Shown here one piece after another: positions 14,096 through 28,307 of a stretch of 64,000 nt of DNA. The notes beneath the pieces are model-generated. The model saw only the letters and a list, made by a program, of their open reading frames with translations, was not told where the DNA came from and did not search any database. The stretch comes from Bigelowiella natans CCMP2755 (Eukaryota; Protista; Cercozoa). Positions within the stretch are counted from its first letter, which is position 1. Each line of letters starts with the position of its first letter. The DNA is taken from contig ADNK01002807.1 in assembly GCA_000320545.1 (NCBI GenBank), positions 40,453-104,452 on the forward strand. Reading direction: 5' to 3'. A program made the position numbers and the translations under genes.

Positions 14096-15408
14096 ATTGT
14101 CTTAGTTAAATAATGGCGATAGTAATCATGCTAATTGTGCACCCCATCACGACAACAAGAACAAGAACACGACGACGATGACAACTTTTCCAATTTAAAA
14201 TTAAGATAACATCTTTTGTTTTTCTTGTCCAGTTTTTACTCGCAAAACAGCAGGATATGTTGATCCAAAGCTGCTGCTGCTGGACTACATCTATTATCTA
14301 ACAAGTCGTCGGTGCGTGGGTGTTCTTAAGACTACTACTACTAACACTACTACTGCTACTGCTTGAAAATAATAGTACTAAATGATCTGTTGTTCTTGTT
14401 GTTCTTTATATCTATCTCACCTATAATGTCAGTCGAACTGCTGCTGCTGCTACTACTTCTACTACTACTACTGCTACTGCTACTGCTACTACTACCGCTA
14501 CTACTACTACTACTGCTACTACTTTTCAAAGACACTTGTCAATAAATTGCGTGTTTTCGTTGTTGGTGCAACCTATCGATGATGGTAGATTATGATGATG
14601 ATAGATCAACATGTGCTAATACTGGATAGATGATATGGGGAGAATTATACAAAAACACCTACAAACAACTACAGCAGTAGCAGCACAATACTACTACTAC
14701 TGCTACTACTACTACTACTACTACTACTACGATGATTTATTGCTTCTTGCTTCCAGGAGAGTAGTAGATCCATCATAATGTAGTAGCATCATCCATCACA
14801 CAGCAAACACCACCTACCTGTACGACGTCTGGGAAAAGCTTGATGGTTGCTTTATGACCATACATCATTAAAAATTGGTGAAAGTATTCTTTTGGTGATA
14901 TCTGTAATGCGATGTGAGCAAGAAGAAGAGAAACAACAAATAAGAATCACAACGATTTAGAAGAAAAAGAAGAAGAAGAAGAAGAAGAAGAAGAAGAAGA
15001 AGAAAACATAAACCACGTAGTACATACCCACCTCAAGGTTCTTTAGCATCTTACTCAAATTCTTTATCTATCAACACAAGGTACAGGTATCATCAATCAA
15101 TGACCTCAATACTCTACTCATTGATGATTCGAGTCGATGAAGGATGAAAAAGAGATTGATAAGGAGGAGGAGGAGGCGGCGGAAGAGTCACAATTACTAC
15201 TTTTACTCTTTACTATCCACTACACCTGAATCCATTCCCCTTCTTCTTTACTAGTACTAGTACTACCACCACACCTAAATCCCTTTCTCTTCATCTTTAC
15301 TAGTACTACTACTACTACCACTACACCTGAATCCATTTCTCTTCATCTCCCCTAGCAGCCTCTATGAGCTTACTCTTGAGAGACCTGATGATGATGATAA
15401 TAATGATG

Positions 15409-15444
<36 letters not shown>

Positions 15445-15466
15445 TATTAGTGATAATAATGTCACA

Positions 15467-15498
<32 letters not shown>

Positions 15499-15773
15499 CA
15501 TCTCCTCATTGGATATCAAATAGAAGGAAATGAGGATGGGAGAGGAGGAAGTAGAGAAGGAGAAATATAATGATAGACGATCATAATTATTTTTGTTCCA
15601 TAAGTCGGTTTCTTCTTCTTACATGCTGTGACGATCTACACCACTGCTCTTTCTACGACGATGCTGCTGCCTCTGAGGTTGTTTTTTTTCCCCTTGTTCT
15701 CTTTCTTCTTCCTCCTCCTCCTGCTGCTGTTGATGGTGCTTGCTTATATCCTCAGCATCAGGAAAACGGCTGC

Positions 15774-15808
<35 letters not shown>

Positions 15809-16111
15809 GTGATCATGTATTAAAAATAATAAATGAATGAAGAAAGTGATAATGATGAGCAACAACTTGTTTGGTTGTTTCTCACTATGTAGGAGGTATC
15901 ACTTACCTAGCTGTCAAAAGATGTATTATTATCATTAATAATATCATGTACTCGTGATATGATTACAACGATGATGATGAAGATTCATGCCATTACTACT
16001 ACTACTACTACTACTTCTATGACTACTACTATGCTAGCGCTTTTTCACCAGCACCTACCTTCTTGAGGTACTACTACTAGTAGTAGTAGCAGACGAAGAA
16101 GAAGAGAGGCC

Positions 16112-16144
<33 letters not shown>

Positions 16145-16529
16145 CGGTGCTTTTCCACTAGTACTGCGACGAGGACGTGATGATGATGATGACGACGATG
16201 GTTGGTGAGAGGATGATTCAGGCGTACGTGCTCTAACAAGCAAAAAGAATTGGTGATATGATGATTAATTCAAACAACAAAACAAATGGCAGCTGATGAA
16301 AGCTTATGATGAGCACGGGTATCAATAGTTCATTCGTCGCCTACAACAACGAGTGTTTCTTCTTCTTCTTCTTCTTCTTCTTCTTCTTCTTGTACTTCTA
16401 CCTGCTAATTGTTTGTATATGGTAGCACATAGTGTATGGTGATATGTACGATGTTATGAATAATGTGTGTATAGTACCACACACTGTACAGTGATATGCT
16501 CAATGAGTGCTAATATACTTTCTTGCTAC

Positions 16530-16573
<44 letters not shown>

Positions 16574-16683
16574 CTTGAGTTGATATTGTGTTTGCTTCCT
16601 TTTCTACTTCTTCGTCTCTGATTAGGAGCAAGTAGTAGTGAGAAAGATGAGCAAGATTGGATGTACAAAACATGTATATTAAT

Positions 16684-16721
<38 letters not shown>

Positions 16722-16909
16722 TTCTCATTACAACTAATAATGTAGGGGTAGCAGCTCATTGATTGATTCCTTCCTGGGTTGGTTTCTTTCTTCTTCTTCT
16801 TCTTCTTCTTCTTCTTCTTCTTGTTATTGTTGTTGTTGTACTGCTTTTCTGATAGATTGAATGCTACCACTGCAAGCACTGCCGTTACTAATACCACCAC
16901 CACTACTAA

Positions 16910-16942
<33 letters not shown>

Positions 16943-17447
16943 GACCTGGTGGCGCTTTTGTTCTTGTCCTCCTGCACTTGATGATGTTGGCTGCTGCTGC
17001 TTGTACGCCTTATACACGTCCTCAGGCACCATGACCATTGCAGCGATAGTCTCTGAGAAAGAAAGGTGAGTAACAGAATAAGAATAAGAAGAAGAAGAAG
17101 AAGGAGGAGGAGGAGGAGGAGGAGGAGGAGGAAAGCATCGATTAACATACAGAATAAGCGAGGTCAATAAGAAGATATTATCCTGAATATATCTGTTGTA
17201 GTAGTAGCAGCAGTAAGTAATATCAGCACTAATTAGCAGTTCTTGTAGTACTTGTAGTAGTAGTAGTAAAAACTATACCTTTCGTTTCCGTCTTAGGCAA
17301 TTTATGAACACCTTTAGGTAGTACGCTCCACATCACTTTCTGTGCACAACAATAACAACAACAACGACAAGATCGTGGTAAGAATGATGATGATGGTGAT
17401 GGAGGAAGATCATATCTGAGAGATGGTATACACACACACACACACAG

Positions 17448-17496
<49 letters not shown>

Positions 17497-18077
17497 ATAT
17501 ACATTAGACATGTAGTGCATCAGTGCTTATCTCTACCTATCTATCTATCTATCTATCTATCATCATCCCAAACCATTTGCGTGCTGAATTTAACTCCCAT
17601 TATCTGCGGAACGCCACCTTTTATTATTATTATGATTATTATTATCATTATGATTATTATCATTATCTTTTCTAAATTAGTATCACCCATTATTCCGTTA
17701 TACTATACATAAACATGTCTGCTGCTGCTGCATGTATGTTATGTTGGTAAATATTTCTGTATTATTTCTTGGTAGGAACAATGGAATATGTTATATATTA
17801 TGTTGTTAAATAGCAAGAATAATATGGTAACTGATAGTAAAAGAGTAGCAATAATAACGATGGTGGATTATGATCACGATTCCTCCTCCCTCCTCCTCCT
17901 CCCTCCTCCTTCTGCTACTGTACTTGTATCTGTTACTCACTACCATCTGATTTCTGAGCCTTTTCGGCCCACCCTAGCCTTGTAAGAGTCTCAATAAAAT
18001 TGCTGATTGATGACAAGAAGAAGAAGAAGAAGAAGGAGAAGAAGAAGAAGAAGATGATGATGATGGGAGCACACACA

Positions 18078-18136
<59 letters not shown>

Positions 18137-18860
18137 ACATATAGCATAATATGATGACCATTCGAGCATAGCTACTCATCAACTTGCTGCTGAGAGTAAG
18201 ATGAGCGTGATATAACATCATTTTCATCATCATCGTTGTCGTTGTCATAAGAAGAAAAAGAAGAAGAAGTAGTATTTTGTGGTGATGATGATCATCATCA
18301 TTAGGGTTATCATCATCACCCGTTACGTTCCATATCCGGCAGCATAAGATAGAGCACAGAAGTACTAGACAGCTTGAATGACAATATCTGTCGTACATAC
18401 ATAGTATGATGAGATGGTGATGATGATGATGATGATGATAGTAGTACTACCGTGCCTTGAGGAAGTCGCATTGGATGGCGGATAACACTACCCTTCGGTA
18501 GCAAAAGAAGAAGAAGAAGAAGAAGAAGAAGAAGAAGAAGAAAGAAGAAGAGAGGTAGTTGTAGTAGTAGTAGTAGCTAACAGTTATTATCATTACCAGC
18601 AGCAGCAGCATGATGAGCAAGAGCAAAGAAACAACAAACAAACCAAAAGGTTGGTGATTCGAATAATCATTACTACCCTCTTCATCACTTGAGGGATGTT
18701 TTGATAGACATACGATTTGTCTGTCCACACCTAATAATAAAAATAATTATAAAAATAATAACAATAGTAATAACAGTAATAAGAATAGGAATGGTAAGAA
18801 TCATGATAATAGCAAAAACAATAATAATAATGGGAATACTAATAATGACAATGACAACAA

Positions 18861-18897
<37 letters not shown>

Positions 18898-19166
18898 CTC
18901 TCTGTATCTCTCCCTCTCTATCTCTCTCTCCATATTAATCAACCTGACAACCCTCCGCCATTCTGCCATCCGTAAACAAGATACCTTTGTTAGATCCAAC
19001 AGCTCTCACCTAATAATAAAACCATGGCATAACATAATCATCATGGTGACGATGATGAAGAAGATGAAGATATGTTGTTGATGATAATATTGATGATAGA
19101 CAACTGCAATTCTGCTACTTGCTAGACAGTAGACACGTTGATGATACACCAGCTTAGCCTTTCATT

Positions 19167-19202
<36 letters not shown>

Positions 19203-20023
19203 GTCTCTCTCTCTTTCGCTTCCTGTGTGCCGTAATATGTGAATCATTTCTCAAACTACTATTACGTTTGGTTGCACGTATATGCATACATACGATACTA
19301 CGTACACACAACAAGTACATATGTACATGTATACATCACCTCAATTGTGACTATTTTTTATCTCTTTCTTTCCTATTTTGACTAAAGAGAGAGAGAGAGA
19401 GAACATTGCTACTACCCTACTTCTTTACTTACCAGCTGCTGTGAATTGTTTTTGTGCTGTTGTGCCCTTCCTAGCCCCCCTCCTCCCCCTCCTCCCCCTC
19501 CTCCTCTATCCAGACTTCCTTTTCGTAGTACTGTTGTTCCTACTACCGCTTCAGCCTTTCTTCCAGTGATTGTTTCTAAAGCTTTCACCCAACAACTGCA
19601 TGCATTATAGAGAAAGGAATACAAGAAGAAGATGATGAAGGAGCAGGAAGGATGCAGTATTGATAATGAAAAGGGAACAGATATATAAGGTGCTACTGCT
19701 CAGGAACCTACTAATATAACAACATTTGTTCCCTCTTCTTGTTCTTCCTCTAAAGCTATTACTTTCCAATCCATAAATATAATAGACGAATACAAACAAA
19801 CTTACCATCGATTTTGCTCTGATCCACATGCTAAATAATACTTCTTTTGAACTGAAAGAGGCCGAAGAGAAAATACGTATCTAGCAGCACACAACAACCC
19901 ATTATCATGATAATTGTTGTTGTTGTTGTTGTTGTTGTTGGTAAAATAGTTAGTTCATGCATTCAATCATCATTCTGGATTATTATTATTATAATTAGTA
20001 TACTCGGTAGTATACTTCTTCTT

Positions 20024-20055
<32 letters not shown>

Positions 20056-20077
20056 TGTTACGACTAACACAGAGTAC

Positions 20078-20115
<38 letters not shown>

Positions 20116-20123
20116 GCCGCATA

Positions 20124-20156
<33 letters not shown>

Positions 20157-20442
20157 GCGAGTAGTACTTACTTTTTATCGACAGCCGATCGATGTTCCAA
20201 CTTAATAGTTGCTCCTACTAATGGCACCTAAAGAAGTAAGTTACGAGGGAGATGATGATCAGCATAACGATGATGATGATGATAATGATGATGATAATCG
20301 TTATATATCGTTCGTTTATAGTAGCCTATGTATGAATAAGTGACTTATACCCCCCTAAATACACTACTACTACTACAACTACTACAACTACTACTACTAC
20401 TACTACTACTACTACACTACTACTACATCTACTACTACTACA

Positions 20443-20474
<32 letters not shown>

Positions 20475-22450
20475 CGAGTTTCTAGGCTTGAGACTGCGGT
20501 CCTTCTCTAAAAACCTTCATTGGGAAAAATTATCATCATGTTTCTTTGAGAGGGAGGGGAGGCAAGACAACAAGGATGAACCCCCAAAATAATAAGATAA
20601 GAGCGCCATAACAAGCCAAGAGGAACTTCACAATAGAATGAAAGAGAATATACTACAACATATTGTTCATCAAAATGCGGATTATATTCACTGAAGCTTC
20701 TCTTTTCCTTCTTCTTCTTCTTCTTCCTCTTCTTCTACTTCTTTATCATCCATCTCTATACTAATTCCTCTTCTTCTTCTTCTTCTTCTTTTTTGACTGG
20801 CTTTGTAGCTAATCAATTAATCTCATAATATGTAATTACGAACTTATTCTTTTATTTTAAGAGAGGGAATTTATTATCATCATCATCCTCTTTTGTATTA
20901 GTTGTATTGATTGTTTTAAAAAAGGAAAGCGATTGTCAGGTTATCTCCTCATTGACTAGTTTCCATTTACCACCGCATTTCTTTCTTCGTGAGAACACAG
21001 TAGCTTATTGTTTGTTCATTCATTACAATGGAGGGGTAGTAGTAGTAGTAGAAGAAGAAGAAGAAGAAGAAGAAGAAGAAGAGGGTAAGGTAAAATCAAC
21101 CAAAAAAAAGAAACGTTAAGGGAAGTGGATAGGGATTCAGCAGTCTTGATTGGGTGTTTGAATATCTGCTTTCCTTGTTGTTGTTGTTGTTGTTCTTCTT
21201 CTTCTTCTTCTTCTCCTTTTATCTCCTCACTCATTGACTCAGTCACTCTCACAACAAACAAAGAACACAGTAGTAATAATGCCATTCATAAGCATTATTA
21301 CACGTACTAATCCCTCCCTCCCCCTCCCAACTATCAACCTACTACTACTACCGTTTCTGCCACTCTTTTACCACAATGCCAGAGACTTTCAGTAGGAATC
21401 TAATCGGTGAGAAATAATATACAAGTCATTATCATCGTTTACTGAGTAGTATCAAATTGAAAAACAATATACCCATTGTTATCATCCCCAAATCCAAACA
21501 TCATCATCATCACTATCATCATCCTTCCTCACCATCATTTGTTGATTGACAACGAGCACCACCAGGGTACTACGATAGTAGTAGTAGTTGTAGTAGTAGT
21601 AGTAGTAGTAGTTGGCTCTATCATCATATCCATGCTTCTACTGCCACTATTTCCTACTACTACGAACATCATCACCATCATCTTGACTTCTACTACTAGT
21701 ACCACAGCTGTTGGTGAATACTACTTCTTCTTCTTCTTCTACTACTACTACTACTACCTACCCTTCATGGATGGAGTGAGGGTCCATCTTACTTTGCATC
21801 CCTTGGGAGGATGAAGAATTCTTTGTGGGTTAGTTAGTAGTGAGTATGATGATGGGGAGGATCTCACGATTATGAAATGAGAGAAGACCCATACCAACCA
21901 ACCAACCAATTAAATGTATTAAATAACAACCCAACAGTCTATCTAATGCTACTACTTATTCTATCATACTTCTCTTACCCCTTCTTGGTCTATAAAAGAT
22001 GCTCCGAAAGCACGGAGCTGAATTGTGATCATTATATTATCAAGATATTAAATGTCAAAAATAAAATTTAAAGACACGCACATGCGTGTGTCATCATATG
22101 TGTGTATCTATATATAGTATACACATATATTCATTTATATTCATTGATTTTAGAGTTAGTATTCACATTAATAATTCAAAAGGAGTGGGGGCACACTAGT
22201 GTGAGTTATTCTCACTACCGCATTAATCATATTCTCCAGCCCTTGAGCACTTTCTGCTGAAAGTATGTACCTGTTTTGCCGCCCCCCAAGTGAAGAAGAA
22301 ATGAATTTGAAATAAAAGGAGTGTGAGATATCAATCAGGAGAGAGAAAGGTTGAATAGAGAAGACTAAAGGGAGGGAGGGAGGGAGGGAGGGAGGGAGGG
22401 GGGAACTTGAAAATATGGAGAATTTTTTGTTTGTGCGCGCGCGCGCGCGC

Positions 22451-22483
<33 letters not shown>

Positions 22484-22709
22484 GCCAGTATCTTTTTATG
22501 TTGGTCTTTCTCTCTTCTATGTTCTTTCTTATCATCATCGTTGTTTGGTTGGCCACTGACTCTCTTTTTTCTCCACTTGGTTGCACGCCAAATGCAAAGG
22601 ACTTGTTGTATTTGCTATTCGGAATGTGTCGAATGTGTGCCCCTGGATGGTAAAGGTGGAGGGTCACATCGATTATCATACGCACGCACACACTCACACA
22701 CATATATGC

Positions 22710-22752
<43 letters not shown>

Positions 22753-23285
22753 AGAGAGAATAATTTTATTGGAGCGTTCGAAGCCATTCCTCAATATCGA
22801 TGAATTTACCTTTAACGATAATACATCCTCGCGGTTCACCATAGCTTGTGTCCTCTTGCGACACTGCAATGAGTACGTGCATGATGATCATTGTACAAGC
22901 TAAAATGATTTTATCTTTTGTGGCTCATTCATTGTACAAGCTAAAATGATTTTATCTTTTGTGGCTCATTCATTTATTCTAACCGAAATATTGCAGTTGG
23001 CCCGTGGTTGCATCTATTATAAAATATCGTCGTTTCCAGGTCTTCATAAAACCACCCATTTTCTGCATATATCCCTTTGCTTCCGCTGCCAAAGTCTGCT
23101 TCCTCCGCATCATCTTGCTCCAGTAGTAAGTAGTAGTAGTGCTAGAAGAAGACTTCTTACTTCTTTCTTTTATGTCCCTCTGTGATTATCAGAGAACTTC
23201 TCATCAAATAAGCACATAACAACGGTGCCAACAACCAACACCGATTGGATCTTGTGCGTGCGTGCGTGCCTGCATTTACCACCCT

Positions 23286-23341
<56 letters not shown>

Positions 23342-23729
23342 AAATACCCATTAATCTTCTACTCTAATTATTTCTGAAATAAAAAAAAATCTCAAATCGC
23401 TTGTTTTTGTAGAGCTCCGAAAGGATCAACATTGAATTCTCTTCAGTTGCTAACTCTCCCCACCCCGTTCGAATTCGTGGAACGCCTGTGACGTACAGAA
23501 TCTCGGTAGCCAGCTGGATGATTACCTAATAAAAAACACAAAAAGATCACCAAAAGGGTTGTCGGAGTAGGATAAAGTCGTGGGATTTCAATTGTAAAAT
23601 AGTTAGAAAACAAAATATGCGATAAATAACTAAAGAGGAACGAATAGCAACACCAACAATAACAACAATTTCTTTCGAATAACTTCTTACACGGACCCGG
23701 ACCCACCCACCCTTCCGTCTTTGAAGCAT
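12555..23729 (-). CDS. Multi-exon protein with two N-terminal PH domains and a C-terminal auxilin-like J domain
   Basis: PH1: AKGYMQKMGGFMKTWKRRYFIID...EPRGCIIVKGAHI...FAFGVQPSGEKRYILSAESAQGLENMINAL. PH2: IHEGFLLKVSGIVVKEWQKRYCVL...VPLVGATI...YVFSLRPLSVQKKYYLACGSEQNRCCWVKAL. J domain: VKKAYHKTLLQVHPDKVRGLTVPQKVRAEAIFEGLSKAY. Continuity of the middle exons as one gene is probable but not proven. Confidence 0.7.
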
Positions 23730-23824
23730 AGCTCCACTCGTATTGTGCACATCTCGCTCTTCACCTCTTCAATCCGCTGCCTGCTCTCTCAATCTGGCCG
23801 AATCTGGGGACAGTCCTATCGGCG

Positions 23825-25968
23825 ATGACGCTGCTGCACCTTGTCAACTGTTTGCTTCTCACATATGCCCCGTACCTATCCTCAAGCGACACACAGAAAA
23901 GAATAGTTCCTAACTGACCCTCAATTTTAATTTTCGATTTCAATTATTGAGCAGGTTCGAAAACATTGCATTTTTCAATGTGGGTTATTATGTGTGTTAC
24001 TTCTTCTTATCAGATACGTAATCATCTATCGCTCAACGGAGCTGTAAGTTTTTAGATTTTTCACATTTCTATCCAATCATATTCTATAGTTGTAACTTAA
24101 TAGTTCTTATATTTCGAATTAATCGTTTCTATATGGCCCACACATATCATCTCTAACCGACCAACCATATTCTCTCCAGCGACGACACGTACACACTCCT
24201 CCCGCATGAATCTCACAACCACGCATATGATGAAAAACAACCTTTCAGTTCGGATGAGAATCTCTTCTCTCACAACCACGCATATGATGAAAAACAACAT
24301 TTCAGTTCGGATGAGAGTCTCTTTGGCTCATGCGTGATGGCGGGTGTTTTCTTTATAACAACACAGTTGGTTAAGGTAATGAATGATGGGGATGATATGA
24401 TTATTATTAATGTTTTCCAATAAACATTGGCAATTTAGTGAGGATGTTGTTGAAGTAAAACAACTGAACAAAGATTAAAAACTGACTTTGTTTTAGTTTT
24501 GTAGGATCTATACATGTTTACTGTAGATATAATCTTGATAGTTGAGATGAACATGTACCCCATTCATAGACATTCATACTTGCAACGTTCATGATAATAC
24601 CGGAAGAAACCGAAGTGCATAGTTTGGCCGCGGTAAGGAAATTCATGTTGGTTTTCTAAAATAAATAATGAATTGCGTGACACTTCTCAAAATATTATAG
24701 AACTACTTATTACTACGTTACATAATACTTAAAATGCACAAATACACCATTGCAGGTGTAGACAAATGATATATCATGCGTCGTCCATATGTAAATAAGG
24801 TTCCTGTTATCTTGGTGAATATGCTGGATTATCTCGCAATCTACATGATGCATGGATGGCTGCAGAAGAAGGCAAAACCAAACCATCTGCGAATTCTTGC
24901 TGTCGCATTGGGTTGTTCCTCTAACCCATCATCACCATCATGATCATCATCATAACAAAAAAGTGTTCACTTGTAACTGTGCTAAGATGATATGTATTTC
25001 TTCTAGGTTGGGCGGGGGCAGAAGCTATAGTGCACTACCTGATTCCCCTTTGGATCGGAGCGCGCGATATTGAATTCTCTTGGGAATATATTGAAATGGG
25101 CCTTCTATCCAACATCAACATAGTATGTTTCTTTGTAGCCTCTGCGTGCCCCCTCTATTGTAACAAGCAGTTTTATCATCACCGACTATTTTTTCATTCA
25201 AATCTAAGTTTCTATTCTATTTGTATTGTTATCATCACCGACTATTTTTGCATTCCAATCTGAGTTTCTATTCTATTGGTATTGTTATCATCACCGACTA
25301 TTTTTGCATTCCAATCTGAGTTTCTATTCTATTTGTATTGTTATCATCACCGACTATTTTTGCATTCCAATCTGAGTTTCTATTCTATTTGTATTGTTAA
25401 CAGTAATTGTGGTTGTAGTAGTAAGTAATAAGTAGTAGTAGTAGTAGTAGTAGTTGTAGTAGTGTATGAATAGTAAACTTGCTCTATCTCCTTGACTATT
25501 ATTTCCTAGTTACAGCCACCTCTCATCATCAGTGTTTTCTTAATTCCGTATATATAGTTGTTGCACTTATCGGCGAGCACAGCTGTTTGGCTCGGAATGC
25601 GAAATGACCTTGGACCCCTTGGCATGAGTGTCGTCGCCATTACATGCACCGGCCAGCTTATTCTTTCAGCTTTCGGAAAGTAAGCTTTCGAATTTTCAAT
25701 AAATAATAAACTACTATATCTATTACTCCATTGAAGGGAAGATAACTTTGGAACCAATGACGTTTTGCTGAGTGTTTTCATATAAAATATGACGACATTC
25801 AATATTGTAATCAGCCACATGAAAAAGTCTTTGGCCCTAGGCTTTTCATCATGTTCCGTTCTTGGTATGCATTTTACGATCGCAATTAGTTTGTTCGCAT
25901 TGGTGGGTATCAACTACACTATTTACACTAAACGGACGGAAACAACAAATTCTCAACAAAGATGGTGA
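23825..25968 (+). CDS. TMEM147: Transmembrane protein 147 (BOS complex subunit)
   Basis: Not in the ORF track as a whole. Exons splice to [49 protein letters not shown]...[57 protein letters not shown]..., matching TMEM147 motifs (MTLFHFGNC, GWATAE, PLWVGARGIEFDW). Confidence 0.9.
25172..25398. repeat. Intronic minisatellite, ~57 bp unit, about 4 copies
   Basis: Unit tatcatcaccgactatttttgcattccaatctgagtttctattctatttgtattgt repeated in a TMEM147 intron. Confidence 0.9.
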
Positions 25969-26029
25969 TGTTTATTAATGGGTAACAATCCGGGTGTTTG
26001 CTAACACGTGATAACTACCAAATATAATG

Positions 26030-26710
26030 TTCCAGCATGGTGTGATGTGCGTGCACAATCTAGATGTCTATGTGTCACTCCATATGCGGACTATGCGGTG
26101 TACGTGTGCATAATACCAAACGCGCCACAGAAAGAGTGCAAGATGTGATCATGACTGCCTCATTGTAATCTACTACTAATGTTCCTGAACAATGCTAGTA
26201 TGTTCACATACTACCGCGCAGAATGTCTTCTCTAGTTCTCATCATGCACTGCTGTGTAGCGTTTCATGTCACTTGCGTTTTTTAGCATAGCCCAAATGCG
26301 TGCGAGGCCTGCACGTCTAGACGTGCACATTTACACATTGTTAAATTGTGGCGCGCACACATCACATATCTAGACACGTGCCGCATGCTACTGTGTGTGG
26401 ACCTCACCGCCCCTCATCACATTTCTGTCACTATGTCGGCACTAGTCGCAGGCAGTACTAGAGTAGCGAATTTGCGAAAATGCGCAACACATGAAAATTT
26501 GTCCACTGACGACCCACTGCTGAACTAAATTGCTAGAATGACATGGTAAAAATGACAGGCACATCACATGCCTTTTGTAAAAACAATTTTTGTCAAAAAT
26601 GACACAGCTAAAATCCACAGCAGAGCATCGCGCCATCGCTACATTTTGAATTCTAGCTTCAGTGTGCGCCTCACTCATCGCTAATGCAACATATCTAGAC
26701 ATACAGAATA
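26030..26710. other. Moderately TpA-depleted, CTAG-rich intergenic island
   Basis: Between the convergent TMEM147 and FkbM genes; repeated tctaga/ctag and an excess of TG/CA. Confidence 0.5.
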
Positions 26711-26799
26711 GCAGTGGATGCCGTTAATCATTGCTTTTACCATGCATGTACGCCATGTACTGTACGCCACCAAACAAGAATGTATCATAGGTTCCAATA

Positions 26800-28307
26800 T
26801 CAATCATGCACGTTGATATTTGGCATTTCATTTGCTGAACTGTCTAGGTTCGTCGTACGTTGGCAAAAGACGATGGCATCCGTGTGCCAAGGCCATTCGT
26901 CATGGTTGTCCCAGCCCTCATCATTGTACCATATCCTGTCGAAATGTAGACGTAATACCTCAAGTGTCTTCCAAAACTCTCCCATGTTCCGTCGCTTCGT
27001 AAAACTATATTCGAACACGAGCTTCTGCACTCCATACCATTCCTGTTTATTTGTTGAGATTCATCATTATTATCATCCACCGTGTAATGAGACCTAAACA
27101 TATATCATTTTTCTTCATGGCGTTAGATGTGCTCTATACCTTCATGTTCTTCAGAATATCAAGTTCTGCGCCTTCACAATCCATTTTCACATAAGATATT
27201 TGCATCTCTCTTCCGGTAGCTGCAGCTTGAGCATTTTTTGATAGGATGCTTTGTAGACTATGGGTAGTCACATTGAATACGGAAAGATTGCCTTTATAGA
27301 ATGGTACATATTTTCATCGTAATCGCCCTCACTAAGTGACAAACATATTATGATGACCTCTATAGTGCGTATGTTGCCGAAGACTGTGACGCCAAGTATT
27401 GTGTATACCCTGGAAGTCCTTGCCTACCACAAGCTCAGCAGCAGCAGTATTAGTTTCAACCACTGCAGCCTCGCGCAAATCAACGGAAAGATTCTGAGTA
27501 TTACGACGATACATATCCGCATTCTCTGGGTGAGGCTCATAACCGATAACATGCGAAGCCCCGTTGAGTAAAGCGTACAGTGCAAACACCTGCAGATCGA
27601 TCGTTAGATTTACAGGCAGGGCGACAAAATATTGATTATAATCAACCCAGCTTAATAGGATAAGGGGAGAGCTACGAAAATAACAAGGCAAGTGACCCCG
27701 ATGTGCCCGCCGATATCAAGCACGACACTTCCATCTATATCCATATCGATCGCTGCGTCTGGGTGGGGACAGTAGGCAGCTCTGGACTTGTTGAGACGGT
27801 CACAGCCAAAAACTTCGACAATCACGTTAGCATCTGTGGATATACGAATTATTTCCGAAAATAAGCATGTATCTACCAGTACAGTCAATGCCTGTTCTAC
27901 TAATTTAATTTGTGGGACATACGACCATTGGACATATTCCTCCAGCAGAAGTTTCGCCTCATTTCTTTTGGTATTTTGCTTTCAACAACCGCTGCTGCGC
28001 ATTCCGATATTAAGGCGGCTTTGTCTGCATAACTTACTCGCTCCCGAGTTTTTTTGGCACTCCCCTTCCGACCATTGGTATCGGTGGGTGGGGGGTATTC
28101 GGTTAGTTGTTTCTTCCTTCTCCTCCTCCTCCTCCTCATCGTCGCTTCCACTTTCCACAGTCTGGACCGCTCGTAGGGATCCGTCGAGACGAGGATAGGT
28201 CGTCGGCAGTAGTGTGTTATGGTATACAGTCTACTGCGTGTGGAGGGGGGTATTGAGAGGAAAGCAAAGCTCACAATTGCCACAAGTGACGCAAATCCCA
28301 ATGCCAT
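26800..28307 (-). CDS. FkbM-family SAM-dependent methyltransferase with signal peptide + transit-peptide-like leader
   Basis: Motifs VVLDIGGHIGVFALYALLNGASHVIGYEPHPEN, YVKMDCEGAELDIL and KLVFEYSF. N-terminus MALGFASLVAIVSFAFL is followed by a basic S/T/R-rich segment. Confidence 0.85.

Noticed and set aside
377-22903. Dozens of ORFs with poly-M/I/H/L/V/C/Y tracts
   Set aside because: They are translations of intronic microsatellites, not genes.
25172-25398. CRISPR-like repeat array
   Set aside because: Contiguous tandem units with no unique spacers, inside a eukaryotic intron.
25506-25913. 135-aa minus-strand ORF
   Set aside because: Antisense to the last TMEM147 exons.
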